From Chrysomallon squamiferum (lineage: Eukaryota; Animalia; Mollusca), in the NCBI GenBank assembly GCA_012295275.1, contig CM022673.1, positions 17,608,001 to 17,672,000 of the forward strand: DNA of 64,000 bases. The letters run 5' to 3'. Shown here one piece after another: positions 15,182 through 29,195 of the stretch (positions within the stretch are counted from its first letter, which is position 1; each line of letters opens with the position of its first letter). The position numbers were made by a program, and so were the translations under genes. The notes below the pieces were generated by a model. That model ran no database searches, was not told the DNA's origin, and saw nothing but the letters and a program-made list of their open reading frames with translations.

Positions 15182-15284
15182 CTTCTATTTTTGTGTCCGG
15201 CCACTCACAGGTGAAATTATTTGATCCGCTGACCAAGTCTGGACCACTGTAGACTTCTTCAGAATAGTCCGCTGAGAAATTCAT
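15182..15284 (-). CDS. Putative first coding exon of an unidentified gene (receptor-like glycosylated N-terminus)
   Basis: AAAAAC-ATG context, 34 open codons MNFSADYSEEVYSGPDLVSGSNNFTCEWPDTKIE, then a consensus donor AAG|GTAAGT; two N-x-S/T sequons. Confidence 0.55.
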
Positions 15285-17099
15285 GTTTTTAATCAAATGA
15301 TATTACACCACTTCTGATATCTTCAATTCAGTTTATTTCTCAGAGAATTTCAGTAAACGATTTCATTTGACTTCTCTCTTGGTTATTTGTTATTTGAACC
15401 ATTGGCTATAAAACGAAGAAAGCATGGTCTTTTAAATCTCCTAAGTTGTTACGTATGGCTAGGAACCGACAATTACAGAAACTGAGAAATCCACAGCTTC
15501 TGAACAAATCGTGTTGACCGAACTGATAGGTTGAAGAACATATCCAGTGTTTCAAAACATTGCTGTTGTCTCTATTAAAGCTACATGATGTTCAAGAAGT
15601 CAACCAATTATCGAAACTGCAAAACCACAGACTTAATCGGTCAAATTTTAAAATGTTTGAAAGAAATGTACTGTAAACACTGGATTAAACTGGCTGGAAT
15701 CTGTACACAATTTGTAGTAGAACAACTGAAACAGAACGTAACAGAAACAAATTTCAAATAAAACTGATCAGTAACTCTGGGCAGACGGTGAGAAATATTC
15801 TCTTGAAGAAATTGTCAGAACAAGTCTGGAATAAATACGTTTCTTGACGTTAAATTCATTAAAGATTAGGTTAACTGAAGCAACAACAAATGATTATGTC
15901 ATAACTGTTTCCCGGCTTGTCGCAAGGGTTTCACAAATCTTTGTGATGTCAGCTCGTTGACTAGAAAACTCAGTGATTATTAATATGTTTTTGTTGAACA
16001 CAGGTCGACTCAGAGAAGCTAGATATCATATTTAGTCTTATTAATGTCGTTAGAATTAGTATCACAATTTGTCACTGTTTGTTTTGTAACAACAGTCAGT
16101 CATCAACTTTGAATGCGATTTGTCGCCGATTTCCGTAAGTTACGTTAAACGTACATCATGACAAATACTAACATAAAGTTTTGAAAAACTGAGTACCGCT
16201 TCCAGTTAGAACTTTAAGAAGCAGATTCAAAAAATATATACTAGAATGAGAGTAGACTGTTTTTGCAATATATATTTGAAAACAGATGAGAATATAAATC
16301 ATAAATAATATTTTAATAATGTTTTCTCTATTTTTTAGTAAAGCATAATTTTCTGAAAATATAAATTTCATTCCTTTAACTGCATATTAACAATGAAAAT
16401 GTTTCTTTTTAATTTCCAAAATTCTTCCATAAATAGATATTTTTCATTATGTGTCACTAATAAATTTCAAGTCCTAAACAATTCATCTCAACCTTTAAAC
16501 TAATTAATATGTTTCTTAAATCCAATTTCAAATTGCAGTCTTTCTCAGATTTAGTTTAAAATGTACAATTCAAACACTTTTATCAGATTCATTTTGCATT
16601 CCATTTTTTTTTTAATTATCTAGTTCAGTGTTCAAATTCCAACCTTTTGTAAATCTTCCAAATTAACAGATTTCTGAGTTTAAAATCCAGTTCTTATAAT
16701 CGTCTTGTTGAAATTCCTTTCTCAGATTATGTTCAGTTTTTATAAACCTTTCAGTTTAAGATCCATTTTAAAGCATCTTTCTCGGATCCAGTTTATTTTG
16801 TAATTTCTTTCTTTCACACTCTGTTCTTGTTTCTTTTATCTTTTCTTTCAGAAACTGTTCAGTTCAAAATTCACATTTCAAAATCCAGATGTTTCACACG
16901 TCATTCTCACATGCAGTTTAACCTGAACTTTTCTTCTTCTTCTTTAAAACGATTAAATCATCCAAATCGTCCTCTGTATAATTACTCTTTTCAAACTATT
17001 ACTGTTTTAATTTTTAAACTATTGTCCAATCAAATATGTCCACAATCGAATGCACTGTTTTGCGTACAACTGTTACCTCTACTTCCTCGATCCAGGTTT

Positions 17100-17800
17100 T
17101 CCTGTGTGTTTCACAGCAGACGAACTGAAACTGCGGAGCTATCTCGCACTCTGACTCTCGCTCTGTTGTGGGCGACGTCTGGGCAAGTATCAAATAAAAT
17201 AGATTTCTGTACAGCTATCTGAATCTCTCCTTTTGTCCGCCTTCTCTGTTCGCCATATGTTAGTTAATATCACATCTCCGTTCTTTTAACTTTTGTTTCT
17301 TCGGGCCTTTTCTGTTTTATATAAAAAATACAAAAAAGCAAGAACAAAAAATATGTATTAGTGTATTATATTACAAAAGAAAAATTACATATACTTTCGA
17401 GAAAAAAAGTTTTGTTTAATATTCTTGATAAATGTCAAAAGTGAAGTATTTCTTGTATGTTCTGTAATAAAAGATGTTTTATTTTCATACCAACAATATA
17501 TTTATTTTATAGCAAGAAGAAAATAAAGTACTTTTATACAAACAAAACACGAACATGATTTCAAAAATGTCAATACTGAGGAAGAGTTGATATTAGCAAT
17601 AATTACAGACTTCACAACTTCTCGGTTTGACGACGTAGTCACGTACGTACGAAACTGGAGTCACGTGATCACACCATATTCGATATAATGTCATTTAATG
17701 TGTGGAGTATTCAAACAAGACGAAATATATTCTAAAGCTTAGAAGTGTCTGAGTAAACATAAGTAAAAATATTAATTTCAGTCGCGCGTGTGAAAATACT
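17100..17800 (-). promoter_or_regulatory. Candidate promoter of the orphan minus-strand gene
   Basis: CpG-rich patches, Inr-like TCAGTT on - near 17125, TATA-like on - near 17320, ACGT cluster including GTCACGTGAT at 17660. Confidence 0.3.
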
Positions 17801-18141
17801 GAAGTTAAATGGATAAAAATAGAAAAATGTTTATTGGGTGTAGTTTGTAGCCTTCTCAACACAACTCTTACAGTCCTACACATTACAGCATATTACTTTA
17901 CTACATATATTACTTACTACATATAACACTGCTGAGTGAATAGTATCACAACCTTATCATACGTTGTTAACTTTGCCATATTTGTATTGTCATTTTGTTA
18001 TTAACATTATCTAGTTGTAAATAGTATGTTATTAACATTATTATGTTTGTAATGTTAGTGGTTATCAACTGTATTGCTTTCATACTCTAACAGCAAAAGC
18101 AGAAATGGCCACTTCAGTAGCTACTGCTACTACCACTACTA

Positions 18142-18210
<69 letters not shown>

Positions 18211-18372
18211 CTTTTTCCTATTCTTAAAGATTTCTTTTAATCACACGTGACATCGTTCTTGCTGTTTCTAACGTTAGTATAGGCACTGTTTCTATCACAC
18301 TGCTGTAGTACTCTTAGTTTTGACTTTGATTATTATTACAGTGACTTTAAATAACTAAATATTTCTTGTTAT

Positions 18373-18483
<111 letters not shown>

Positions 18484-18888
18484 AGTATCTGTCTGACTCT
18501 CTCTTTCTCTTACTCCCTCTCACTCTCTCTCTATGTTTATTTGTCTCTCCATACGTCTGTATCTAGCTTTCTCTGATCTTTTGTTATCTAACAAAATTTA
18601 TTTTAAATTAATAGACACATTATCCAACAATTAACGATTGGTACAGTCAAAGATTTTGCTATAAATGCAGCAGTTTAAAACAAGGCTCATGTTTTATATT
18701 ATTATGAATACAGTAAAATGAAGTTATTCAACACAGAAAAAGCTATTTTGAAACCATTAAAGAACGGTTTAAATATCGCCGACATAAATTCTGATTTGGC
18801 CTGTTAGTTTGAATGCACGGTTTAAATAAATCATTATCATTATCATCATCATCATCACCATCATCATAATCAATATTATATTTACTGT

Positions 18889-18986
<98 letters not shown>

Positions 18987-20086
18987 TTAATTTAGTCTTT
19001 TTTTTTTTATTATTATTTTTTTTTTACTGCTTATTGTGAAAGATCAAGTTTCTGTGAACTTTCAGACTTTCTGATTTTTCTGTCACTTTTTTCCATCCAG
19101 CGCAATTAGTTTTTAACATGCTAACAACCTGATGTGTGGGAAAATAGAAACACTAGCCAGACTGAATCGAATTAACACATTTTACAAAAAGAAAAATCAA
19201 GCAAGAATCCGTATAGGCAAGATATATCCAGTTTCTTGAAATTAGTAAAATTACTAATTTAATTTTCCTTTACTGGTTTTGTCTCACAAAGCTGAAATTA
19301 GTTTTGAAGAGTGTGGTTTTTTTGTTGTTGTTTTTGTTTTGTGGGGGTTTTTCAATTAGAAACTGAATGTATCTTTCCTAGAAAAAAAAAAAAAAAAAAA
19401 TTAAGGAAAAAAAGAAAAACTTAATGATAATAATAATAATTGGAAAAAAGAAAAAAACGAAGAAAAGAGAGAAAGAAATCTAGACATGGATTCTTTAAAA
19501 GGGGCGATAAAAGAAGTAAAAAGAAAAAGATACTTGTATTGTTCCTATAACTGTATGTACGTACATGCGTATGTTAATGTTTTTGTAATAATACCTCAGA
19601 ATGCTTCCATCAGCATTCTATTCAAACATATTTTTCTAAAGCACATCTTCAGTTTCACCAGAGAAATCAGTTCATTGTAGAATCTCAGAAAATATATTTC
19701 TCTTTCTTTGGGACAATAGAAATATGAATAATCGGAAATTTACTGAAAATAAGGAGACATAGCTCAAAATGTATTAGCGCGGATTCTGTCCATTTCAGTA
19801 ATTATGTTAAATACTTTAAATGCGTTATTCACAGTCTGCAACTTTAAGTTTTAGTAGATGTCTCTGGATTCGTCAAAAAATATAATTTAGACAAAGATTA
19901 ACCAAATCGTCAACCATTTCCGATGTGATTTCATCCAATGAAGGTTAAGCATCAATGTCCTCAGCATACACCTGTATGACAGTGATATTGTTAGTGTGTT
20001 AGTGTGTTATACTGTACAGTGGCTTTACGCGTCTTCTCTGAGTTCTCACTACTCAATCCATGCGACTCCGAGGTAGATAAGTATAT

Positions 20087-21070
20087 TAATACGTGAACAC
20101 TACCTATTTCCTTAATACGTGAACACTACCTATTTTTTAATACGTGAACACTACCTATTTTCTTAATACGTCAGCTCTACCTATTTTTTAATACGTGAAC
20201 ACTAACTATTTCTTAATACGTGAACACTACCTATTTCCTTAATACGTGAACACTACCTATTTCCTTAATACGTGAACACTACCTATTTCTTAATACGTGA
20301 ACATACGTCGTGAACACTACCTATTTCCTTAATACGTGAACACTACCTATTTTTTTAATACGTGAACACTACCTATTTTTTAACTACGTGAACAATACCT
20401 ATTTCCTTAATACGTGAACAATACCTATTTTTTAATACGTGAACACTACCTATTTTTTTAATACGTGAACAATACCTATTTCCTTAATACGTGAACAATA
20501 CCTATTTTTTAATACGTGAACACTACCTATTTCCTTAATACGTGAACAATACCTATTTTCTTAATACGTGAACACTACCTATTTCTTAATACGTGAACAC
20601 TACCTATTTTTTTAATACGTGAACACTACCTATTTTCTTAATACGTGAACACTACCTATTTTTTAATACGTGAACACTACCTATTTTTTTAATACGTGAA
20701 CACTACCTATTTCCTTAATACGTGAACACTACCTATTTCCTTAATATTTACCTATTTTTTTAATACGTGAACACTACCTATTTCCTTAATACGTGAACAC
20801 TACCTATTTTTTTAATACGTGAACACTACCTATTTTTAATACGTGAACACTACCTATTTCCTTAATACGTGAACACTACCTATTTTTTTAATACGTGAAC
20901 ACTACCTATTTCTTTAATACGTGAACACTACCTATTTTTTTAATACGTGAACACTACCTATTTCCTTAATACGTGAACACTACCTATTTTTTAATACGTG
21001 AACTACCTATTTCCTTAATACGTGAACACTACCTATTTTTTTAATACGTGAACAATACCTATTTCCTTTT
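20087..21070. repeat. 25-27-bp minisatellite, ~35-40 copies
   Basis: Unit TAATACGTGAACACTACCTATTT(C/T)n. Confidence 0.97.
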
Positions 21071-21479
21071 TCATTTGTCTTAAACCGCATGAGGTAGTCT
21101 TAGCAAGCAATAAATATCAAATCAGCCGATTTCCCTCCACCATTCCCCATTTAACGAAAAATCTAGCAAATAATTTCTGATGTGTTCTCCCGGTGAAAAA
21201 TGAGAATGACGTATAATCGTGATTAATTCGTTTAGACTGGGCACTGGTTACATGCTGCTACACGACAACAACTCTTCACCAGAGGCGTAATCCATTTAGA
21301 AGAACAGTTATCTGTGTCCAATAGTTTTAAAGAAAGTCACTCACGTGTGCGAGGAGCAACTCTGTTTTCGTTAATGCGGAATAGTTGTAGTTTTAAGTGA
21401 TAGTTTTCATGTCGTGGAGTAGACCCTTTCTCAAGAAAGGATGTGTAATTGAGAAAAAAGGATTATAATAGAAATAAAG

Positions 21480-21566
21480 GTCTCTTCACGTTTGTAAAAT
21501 TGAAAGAGTCTCTTCACGTTTGTAAAACTGGAAAAATCTCTTCACGTTTGTAAAACTGGAAAAATC
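21480..21566. repeat. 28-bp tandem repeat, x3
   Basis: TCTCTTCACGTTTGTAAAACTGGAAAAA. Confidence 0.85.
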
Positions 21567-23105
21567 AACCAAAAGGACATGCCATGTACTGTCCTGCTTG
21601 CTTTAATAAAGCAATAACAAAACAAATAACAAAATTAGAAATAAAAATGTCTACCCCTCAGTTAAATTTTCCATGTAAGCAAAATAATGGCACATATTTC
21701 CGTCGTTAGATAATAATAATAATAATAACAACAATAACTACTACAACAACAACGGCGATAAAAACAACAACAATAACAACAATAGTTAAATGGTTTTAAA
21801 AGTATCATATATTTACTATAAGTTCTAGTTTGTATTAAGTAGTGACTGAAAACTAACTGTAATAGCAATTATAAAAATATCTTTTCACAAAGTCGATTTC
21901 CATTTTAACAGGAATTTGTCATCTGAATATATTATCTGATAATTTTTTTTATGATATTTTCATTAAATCTGGAAATGTGTGATCTTGTAATTGTTACTAT
22001 TTTTCTTATCAAATGATAAAATCTGTTTTTTAACTGTGATAATCTGTGACACGTAACTGGATTACAGCCATGTATTGAAATTACTCTCCTCCGAAACAAA
22101 ATCTTTTTGCTTTGTCAATACTGTGTTCGAAGTAGAGGGATTTCTAAAGTCAGTATTTGTTATTACTTTTCCTTTTTTCGTAGTTTCTTTCTTTCTTTCT
22201 TTCTTATGTTTAATTTTATTTTATTAATTTATTTATTTTCAGTTTATTTATATATGCAAATAAACATTTGAAAAAATAACTTCAGATTGAAAAACAAAAA
22301 TTAATAAAATAAAATAAAATAAAATAATAAAATAAAATAAAATAATTAAATTAAAAATATATGTAACTAAAATATATCATATTTAAAAAAATCACGATGC
22401 ATTGTTTTTACAGGAGCTGATATTTTTTCTCCTAACTTTTAACTTTTTTATTTTCTTACATTCACACACATTTAATGATGTTATTTATTTATTTGTTTAT
22501 TTGTTTATTCTTTTTTTTTTCTTTTTCTTTTTTTTATACTAAAGTGACACCATATTTATAAATGAAATAAATAAATAAAACGACTCTACCTATAAAAAAT
22601 GATATGAAGTTTTCTTATTTTTAAAACATTTTATCCCGATAATCAAGCATCCGAAAGACTATCTAACAGATTAGGTTTTTTCTCTGACTTTCTGACGGTT
22701 TAATTTGTATTGCATTACGCTGTTGTTGCCGTTGTCGTTGAATTGGAAGAACGTCACAATAGGGAGCTAACGAGAAACATTCCACGCTTGAAGAATGAAC
22801 GAACATTTCTGCGCGACGGTTTTTTTCTACGATGCGGTTGTGAAAGGTTTTCATTTGTTACGTAATTCAGAAACAAGAAAGACAATTCCAGCAATTTGTC
22901 ACCCGGCGCTTCTCCCAATCTTATCACACCACATTGAAAATCTTCGTTCTTGATGTTGCTGTCGTTATTCGGGAGGAATCTGCAATTGGTGTAACTTGCA
23001 GATCAATTCAATAAAACATCAGCTAAAAGCTGTGTACACACTAGACGACTTGCACTGATTAATAATTTTGCTCGAATAAATTAATTTATTTTTCATTATT
23101 ATTAT

Positions 23106-23144
<39 letters not shown>

Positions 23145-24130
23145 GGTTGTCGTTGTTGTTACAGCTGTTTTTTATTTTGTCATGCAGTTTGATTTCGCCT
23201 GAATAAAATCTTTATGTTATTTCTGCATTTACATTTTTGATGGGGTAAATATGATTATCAGAAATCCAGAAATGTGGACAATTTTCATTCGAAATTTAAA
23301 ACAACCAAAATGCAGATGTTATGTTTCATAATTAAAATATAATTTGGACATATATCTGGACTTTTGTTTGTTTGTTTGTATATGTTGTTTTGTTTTACTT
23401 TATTTTATTTTATTTTTATTTTATTTTATTTTATTTTTTCTGGAGTGGAGGGAATTGTTATTTTGTTGTTCAGGGTTTTTTGGGGGATTTTCTAATTTTT
23501 GCGATTTCTTTGAATGCTAATTCTACCGTCGTCCAGTGTGAACGCTGCCTTAAGACTAGGACAAATTCGTGACAAGGAAATGAAGGCAGATGTTACTGAA
23601 ACCTCTTTTAATTTAAAAAAATACCAGTATATCTAATATGTAAATTTATTTATTTTCACTTACTTTATTTGGGGATTTTTACTATTCAACTACTATGTTC
23701 ATAAAATTCCAGAAACGACTATCAGTACTATCAATACTTCATCAACAATTACTACATTTACTACAGCTACCACTGCTACTGCTACTACTACTACTGCTGC
23801 TGCTGCTACTACTACTGCTGCTGCTGCTACAACTACTACTTTAAAATCAATAATATCGCTACTACTTTTACTACTGTTATTTCGACTACTACTTTTACTA
23901 TTACTACTACTGTTGCCACAACTATCAATACTACAACTTCTGCTATTAGTAATATTACTACGACCATTGTCCTTACTATTGTTACTATTACTACAGTTAT
24001 TCATATACCACAAACTAGTATTACCTTTTCTATTATTTCTACCTTTTTACCAGTAAAAATAACATCAACAACAACAAAAACCAACAGCAACATTAACAAC
24101 AACAACAGTAATATTATTCTTATTATGATT

Positions 24131-24194
<64 letters not shown>

Positions 24195-25731
24195 GCAGTG
24201 ATGACGATGATGAAGAAGAAAAAGAACCAGAAGAAAAATGAGATAATGATGACAGCTACAGAAACGACAACTACGACGACTACGACAAAAACTAAGTTAC
24301 GATTTCTGAATATTGTTTAAGCATTACAGTTCATTGAAAATTAATGTATATGACAAAAAAAAAAAAAAAAAAAGAAGTTTTAAAAAGCCACGAACTGAGA
24401 TTGAAATATAAGAAGCCCGGTTTCTCACTGTTTACTCAATTGAAAGTAAAAACAAATCACATGTGTTTTGTGTTGTGAAATCTGCACACAAAATACCCAG
24501 AAGGAAGTGAGAGCATATACGGTTCCGTTTCAACAACAACTAGCAACAATACACTGATTCTTTTGTGCTGTCTAAAATAGACTGGTTTCAATTGCTGAAA
24601 CACAGACCTAGTATTTATCTTTTGCATAGACAAAATGTTTTACAGGGAGAGTTCCAGAAAGACTCCTAGAGGAGGTGAAAGTTATATTTAATTTTTATAT
24701 CTAATACATCAAAATAAATAAATAAATAAATAAAAAGTAGTTTTATCAAATACTACGACATGGTCTAGCGAATGAGTGTACTGACTTTTGTACCTCAAAT
24801 GGAACTGTCGTGAGATTAACAGTAAAACTGACAAAAGATTAATACATTTGCGCAGATAAAGTATATCGTCGATTATCGATATTTCCATTTGATGTATTAA
24901 AGTCAGTCTTCACGTTTACCAGTGCATGTTCTACCATTTGATCATAAAATATGTTTTCAATTTACCAGCTATTTCAATCATTACTTATTTTCTTCCTTTA
25001 TGGTTATTGCTATTGAGGATATTGTTAATAGTAGTGGAAGCAGCAGTAGTATAGTATTTGTAATAATAGTAGTAGTAGTAGTGATGATAGTGATGGTGGT
25101 AATAGTATTAGTAATAGCAGTGTCAGCAGTAACTGCAATAGTAGTACTTGTAAAATAATAAAAATAGGAGTTGGCGTAATACCGTAGTAGTTGTTGTAGT
25201 AATAACAGTAACAGCAGTAGTAGTTATAATAGTAGTGGTGATAGTAGTAGTGTTAGTAGAAACAGTAGTAGCAATATAATTTTTATGTTTTGTATTTTCA
25301 AAACAGCGCTGTAATCGCACCAAGTCACCGATTTCTTCATCAAACCAGTTTTCAGTCATTTTCTTTAAAGTGTTACTTTAAAGACTTCTGTGTGTGCGGA
25401 AGGATATTTAACAGAATCTGAGTAAACAAGCTGATCTTTAAAATACATACGCGCGCAGACTGAGAAGTCTGTCTGCTACTGCTATGACTTTCAAAGCGCG
25501 ATAATTACTTCAAGTTGTAGGTCAAGGTCGCAAATGTTACGTCTGCATCAAAAGGACACTTAAAACTGGCGGCGATACCCCTTCAGCGATGTTTACAATT
25601 AAAAACGTTTAACTAAAGAAAACAGCCACGTTTTCGGAACGTACTGTATCCGGCCACAGAATTATAATTGTCACGTATTTCTCTTAGTTTTTGTTATTAA
25701 AGCCAGCTATGACGCTCTGGTACATTAAGTA

Positions 25732-25794
<63 letters not shown>

Positions 25795-25964
25795 TAAATT
25801 CTATGGTTTGTTTGGGAGGTTTTAACACAGTTTTTTAAAAAATTTTACTCTCTTTCTAACCCATTACTCAAAGAAAAGATTATAACTCGGCAAGAATCGA
25901 AAGTTTTTTTAGTATTTTTTTTTTTTAATCTGAAGTAAATAGAAATTGTCCAAAAACTACACGC

Positions 25965-28940
25965 TCACAATGTTAGTGTAATTGATTTAGTGTCACCTTA
26001 TATTCAATGTCCCACTGTGTTCTATGCCACGATATATTCAGTGTCACGGTGTTCTGAGTCACAATATATTTAATGTTACAATATGTCCATCATCACAATA
26101 TGTTAAATGTCAAAATATGTTCAGTGTCACAATGTGGTCTATGTCACAATGTGTTCTGTGCCAGAATATGTTCAGTGTCACAATGTGTTCTATGTCACAA
26201 TGTGTTCTGTGTCACAATGTGCTCTATGTCACAATGTGTTGTGTGTCACAATGTGTTCTGTTCCACAATATGTTCAATGTCACAATGTGTTCTATTTCAC
26301 AATGTGTTCAGTGTCACAATGTGTTCTCTGTCACAATGTGTTCAGTGTCACAATGTGTTCAGTGTCACAATGTGTTCTATTTCACAATGTGTTCAGAGTC
26401 ACAATGTGTTCTCTGTCACAATGTGTTCTGTGCCAGAATGTATTCAGTGTCACAATGTGTTCTATGTCACAATGTGTTCTGTGTCACAATGTGTTCAGTG
26501 CCACAATTGGTTCAGTGTCACAATGTGTTCTATGTCACAATTTGTTCTGTGTTACAATGTGTTCTGTGCCACAGTGTGTTCAGTGTCACAATGTGTTCTA
26601 TGTCACAATGTGTTTTATGTCACAATGTGTTCTGTTCCACAATATGTTCAGTGTCACAATGTGTTCTATGTCACAATGTGTTCTGTGTCACGATGTGTTC
26701 TATGTGACAATGTGTTCTGTTCACAATGTGTTCTATGTCACAATGTGTTCTATGTCACGATGCGTTCTATGTGACAATGTGTTATATGTGACAATGTGTT
26801 CTATGTCACAATAAGTTCTATGTCACAATGTGTTCTATGTCACAATAAGTTCTATGTCACAATGTGTTCTGTTCCACAATATGTTCAGTGTCACAATGTG
26901 TTCTATGTCACAATGTGTTCTGTGTCACAATGTGTTCAGTGCCACAATTGGTTCAGTGTCACAATGTGTTCTATGTCACAATTTGTTCTGTGTTACAATG
27001 TGTTCTGTGCCACAGTGTGTTCAGTGTCACAATGTGTTCTATGTCACAATGTGTTTTATGTCACAATGTGTTCTGTTCCACAATATGTTCAGTGTCACAA
27101 TGTGTTCTATGTCACAATGTGTTCTGTGTCACGATGTGTTCTATGTGACAATGTGTTCTGTGTCACAATGTGTTCTATGTCACAATGTGTTCTATGTCAC
27201 GATGCGTTCTATGTGACAATGTGTTATATGTGACAATGTGTTCTATGTCACAATAAGTTCTATGTCACAATGTGTTCTATGTCACAATAAGTTCTATGTC
27301 ACAATGTGTTCTGTTCCACAATATGTTCAGTGTCACAATGTGTTCTATGTCACAATGTTTTCTGTGTCACGATGTGTTCTATCTGACAATGTGTTCTGTG
27401 TCACAATGTGTTCTATGTCACAATGTGTTCTATGTCACGATGCGTTCTATGTGACAATGTGTTCTATGTCACAATGTGTTCTATGTGACAATGTGTTCTA
27501 TGTCACAATAAGTTCTATGTCACAATGTGTTCTATGTCACAATAAGTTCTCTGTCACAATGTGTTCAGTGTCACAATGTGTTCTATTTCACAATGTGTTC
27601 AGAGTCACAATGTGTTCTCTGTCACAATGTGTTCAGTGTCACAATGTGTTCTCTGTCACAATGTGTTCTGTGCCAGAATGTGTTCTGTGCCAGAATGTGT
27701 TCAGTGTCACAATGTGTTCTATGTCACAATGTGTTCTGTGTCACAATGTGTTCAGTGCCACAATTGGTTCAGTGTCACAATGTGTTCTATGTCACAATGT
27801 GTTTTATGTCACAATGTGTTCTGTTCCACAATATGTTCAGTGTCACAATGTGTTCTATGTCACAATGTGTTCTGTGTCACGATGTGTTCTATGTGACAAT
27901 GTGTTCTGTGTCACAATGTGTTCTATGTCACAATGTGTTCTATGTCACGATGCGTTCTATGTGACAATGTGTTCTATGTCACAATGTGTTCTATGTGACA
28001 ATGTGTTCTATGTCACAATAAGTTCTATGTCACAATGTGTTCTATGTCACAATGTGTTCTGTTCCACAGTATGTTCAGTGTCACAATGTGTTCTATGTCA
28101 CAATGTGTTCTATGTCACGATGTGTTCTATGTGACAATGTGTTCTGTGTCACAATGTGTTCTATGTCACAATGTGTTCTATGTGACAATGTGTTCTATGT
28201 CACAATATGTTCTATGTCACAATATGTCATAATATGTTCTATGTCACAATATGTTCTGTGTCACAATGTGTTGTATGTCACAATGCGTTCTGTGACACTA
28301 TGTGTTCTATGTCACAATATGTTCAGTGTGACAATGTGTTCTATGTCACAATATGTTCAGTGTGACAATGTGTTCCATGTCAAAATATGTTCAGTGTGAC
28401 AATGTGTTCTATGTCACAATGTGTTCTGTTCCACAATATGTTCAGTGTCACAATCTGTTCAGTGCCACAATGTGTTCAGTGTCATAATATGTTCAGTGTC
28501 ACAATGTGTCACAATGTGTTCCATATCACAATGTGTTCTGTGTCACAATGTGTTCTGTTCCACAATATGTTCAGTGTCACAATGTGTTTTATGTCACAAT
28601 GTGTTTTGTGCCGCAATATGTTCGGTGTCACAATGTGTTCTATGTCACAATATGTTCTATGTCACAATGTGTTCTGTGACACTATGTGTTCTATGTCACA
28701 ATGTGTTCTGTGCCACAATATGTTCAGTGTGACAATGTGTTCTGTGTCACAATGTGTTATGTGTCACAATGCGTTCTGTCACAACGTGTTCTGTGCCACA
28801 ATGTGTTCAGTGTCACAGAGTGTTCTATGTCACAATGTGTTCTATGTCACAATATGTTCAGTGTCACAGTATGTTATGTGTCACAATATGTTCATTATCA
28901 CAATATGTTCTCGGTGACAGGGTATTCAGTGTCACTGTAC
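25965..28940. repeat. 17-bp satellite array, roughly 170 copies
   Basis: Unit GTCACAATGTGTTC(TAT/AGT/TGT) with degenerate flanks; accounts for all the Cys-rich ORFs between 26024 and 29098. Confidence 0.98.
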
Positions 28941-29119
28941 TTTGTTTCTATCATTTATTGAACTTTATAACAGCACAGTCAGGTGTAACAAGATTTCGTT
29001 TTCGTTTTCTTTCTTGCAAATGTTCTGTGTTTCCTTACCGAACATATTTCTTACTTTCAGATATTCCAGAAACTATTAGTTTCTGTTCAAAGAGGTGATT
29101 TACTGTGTGTATATGTGTG

Positions 29120-29195
<76 letters not shown>

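Noticed and set aside
20087-21070. CRISPR-like appearance of the 26-bp array
   Set aside because: Units are contiguous with no unique spacers, the context is eukaryotic, and there are no cas genes.
22663-22854. 63-aa minus-strand ORF in a CpG-rich island
   Set aside because: No homology recognised and no convincing donor or acceptor.
26024-29098. Cys-rich ORFs as a real metallothionein, keratin-associated or multiheme (CxxCH) protein gene
   Set aside because: The same peptide appears in all three frames as a direct consequence of the 17-bp period; there are scattered stops and no splice or promoter context.
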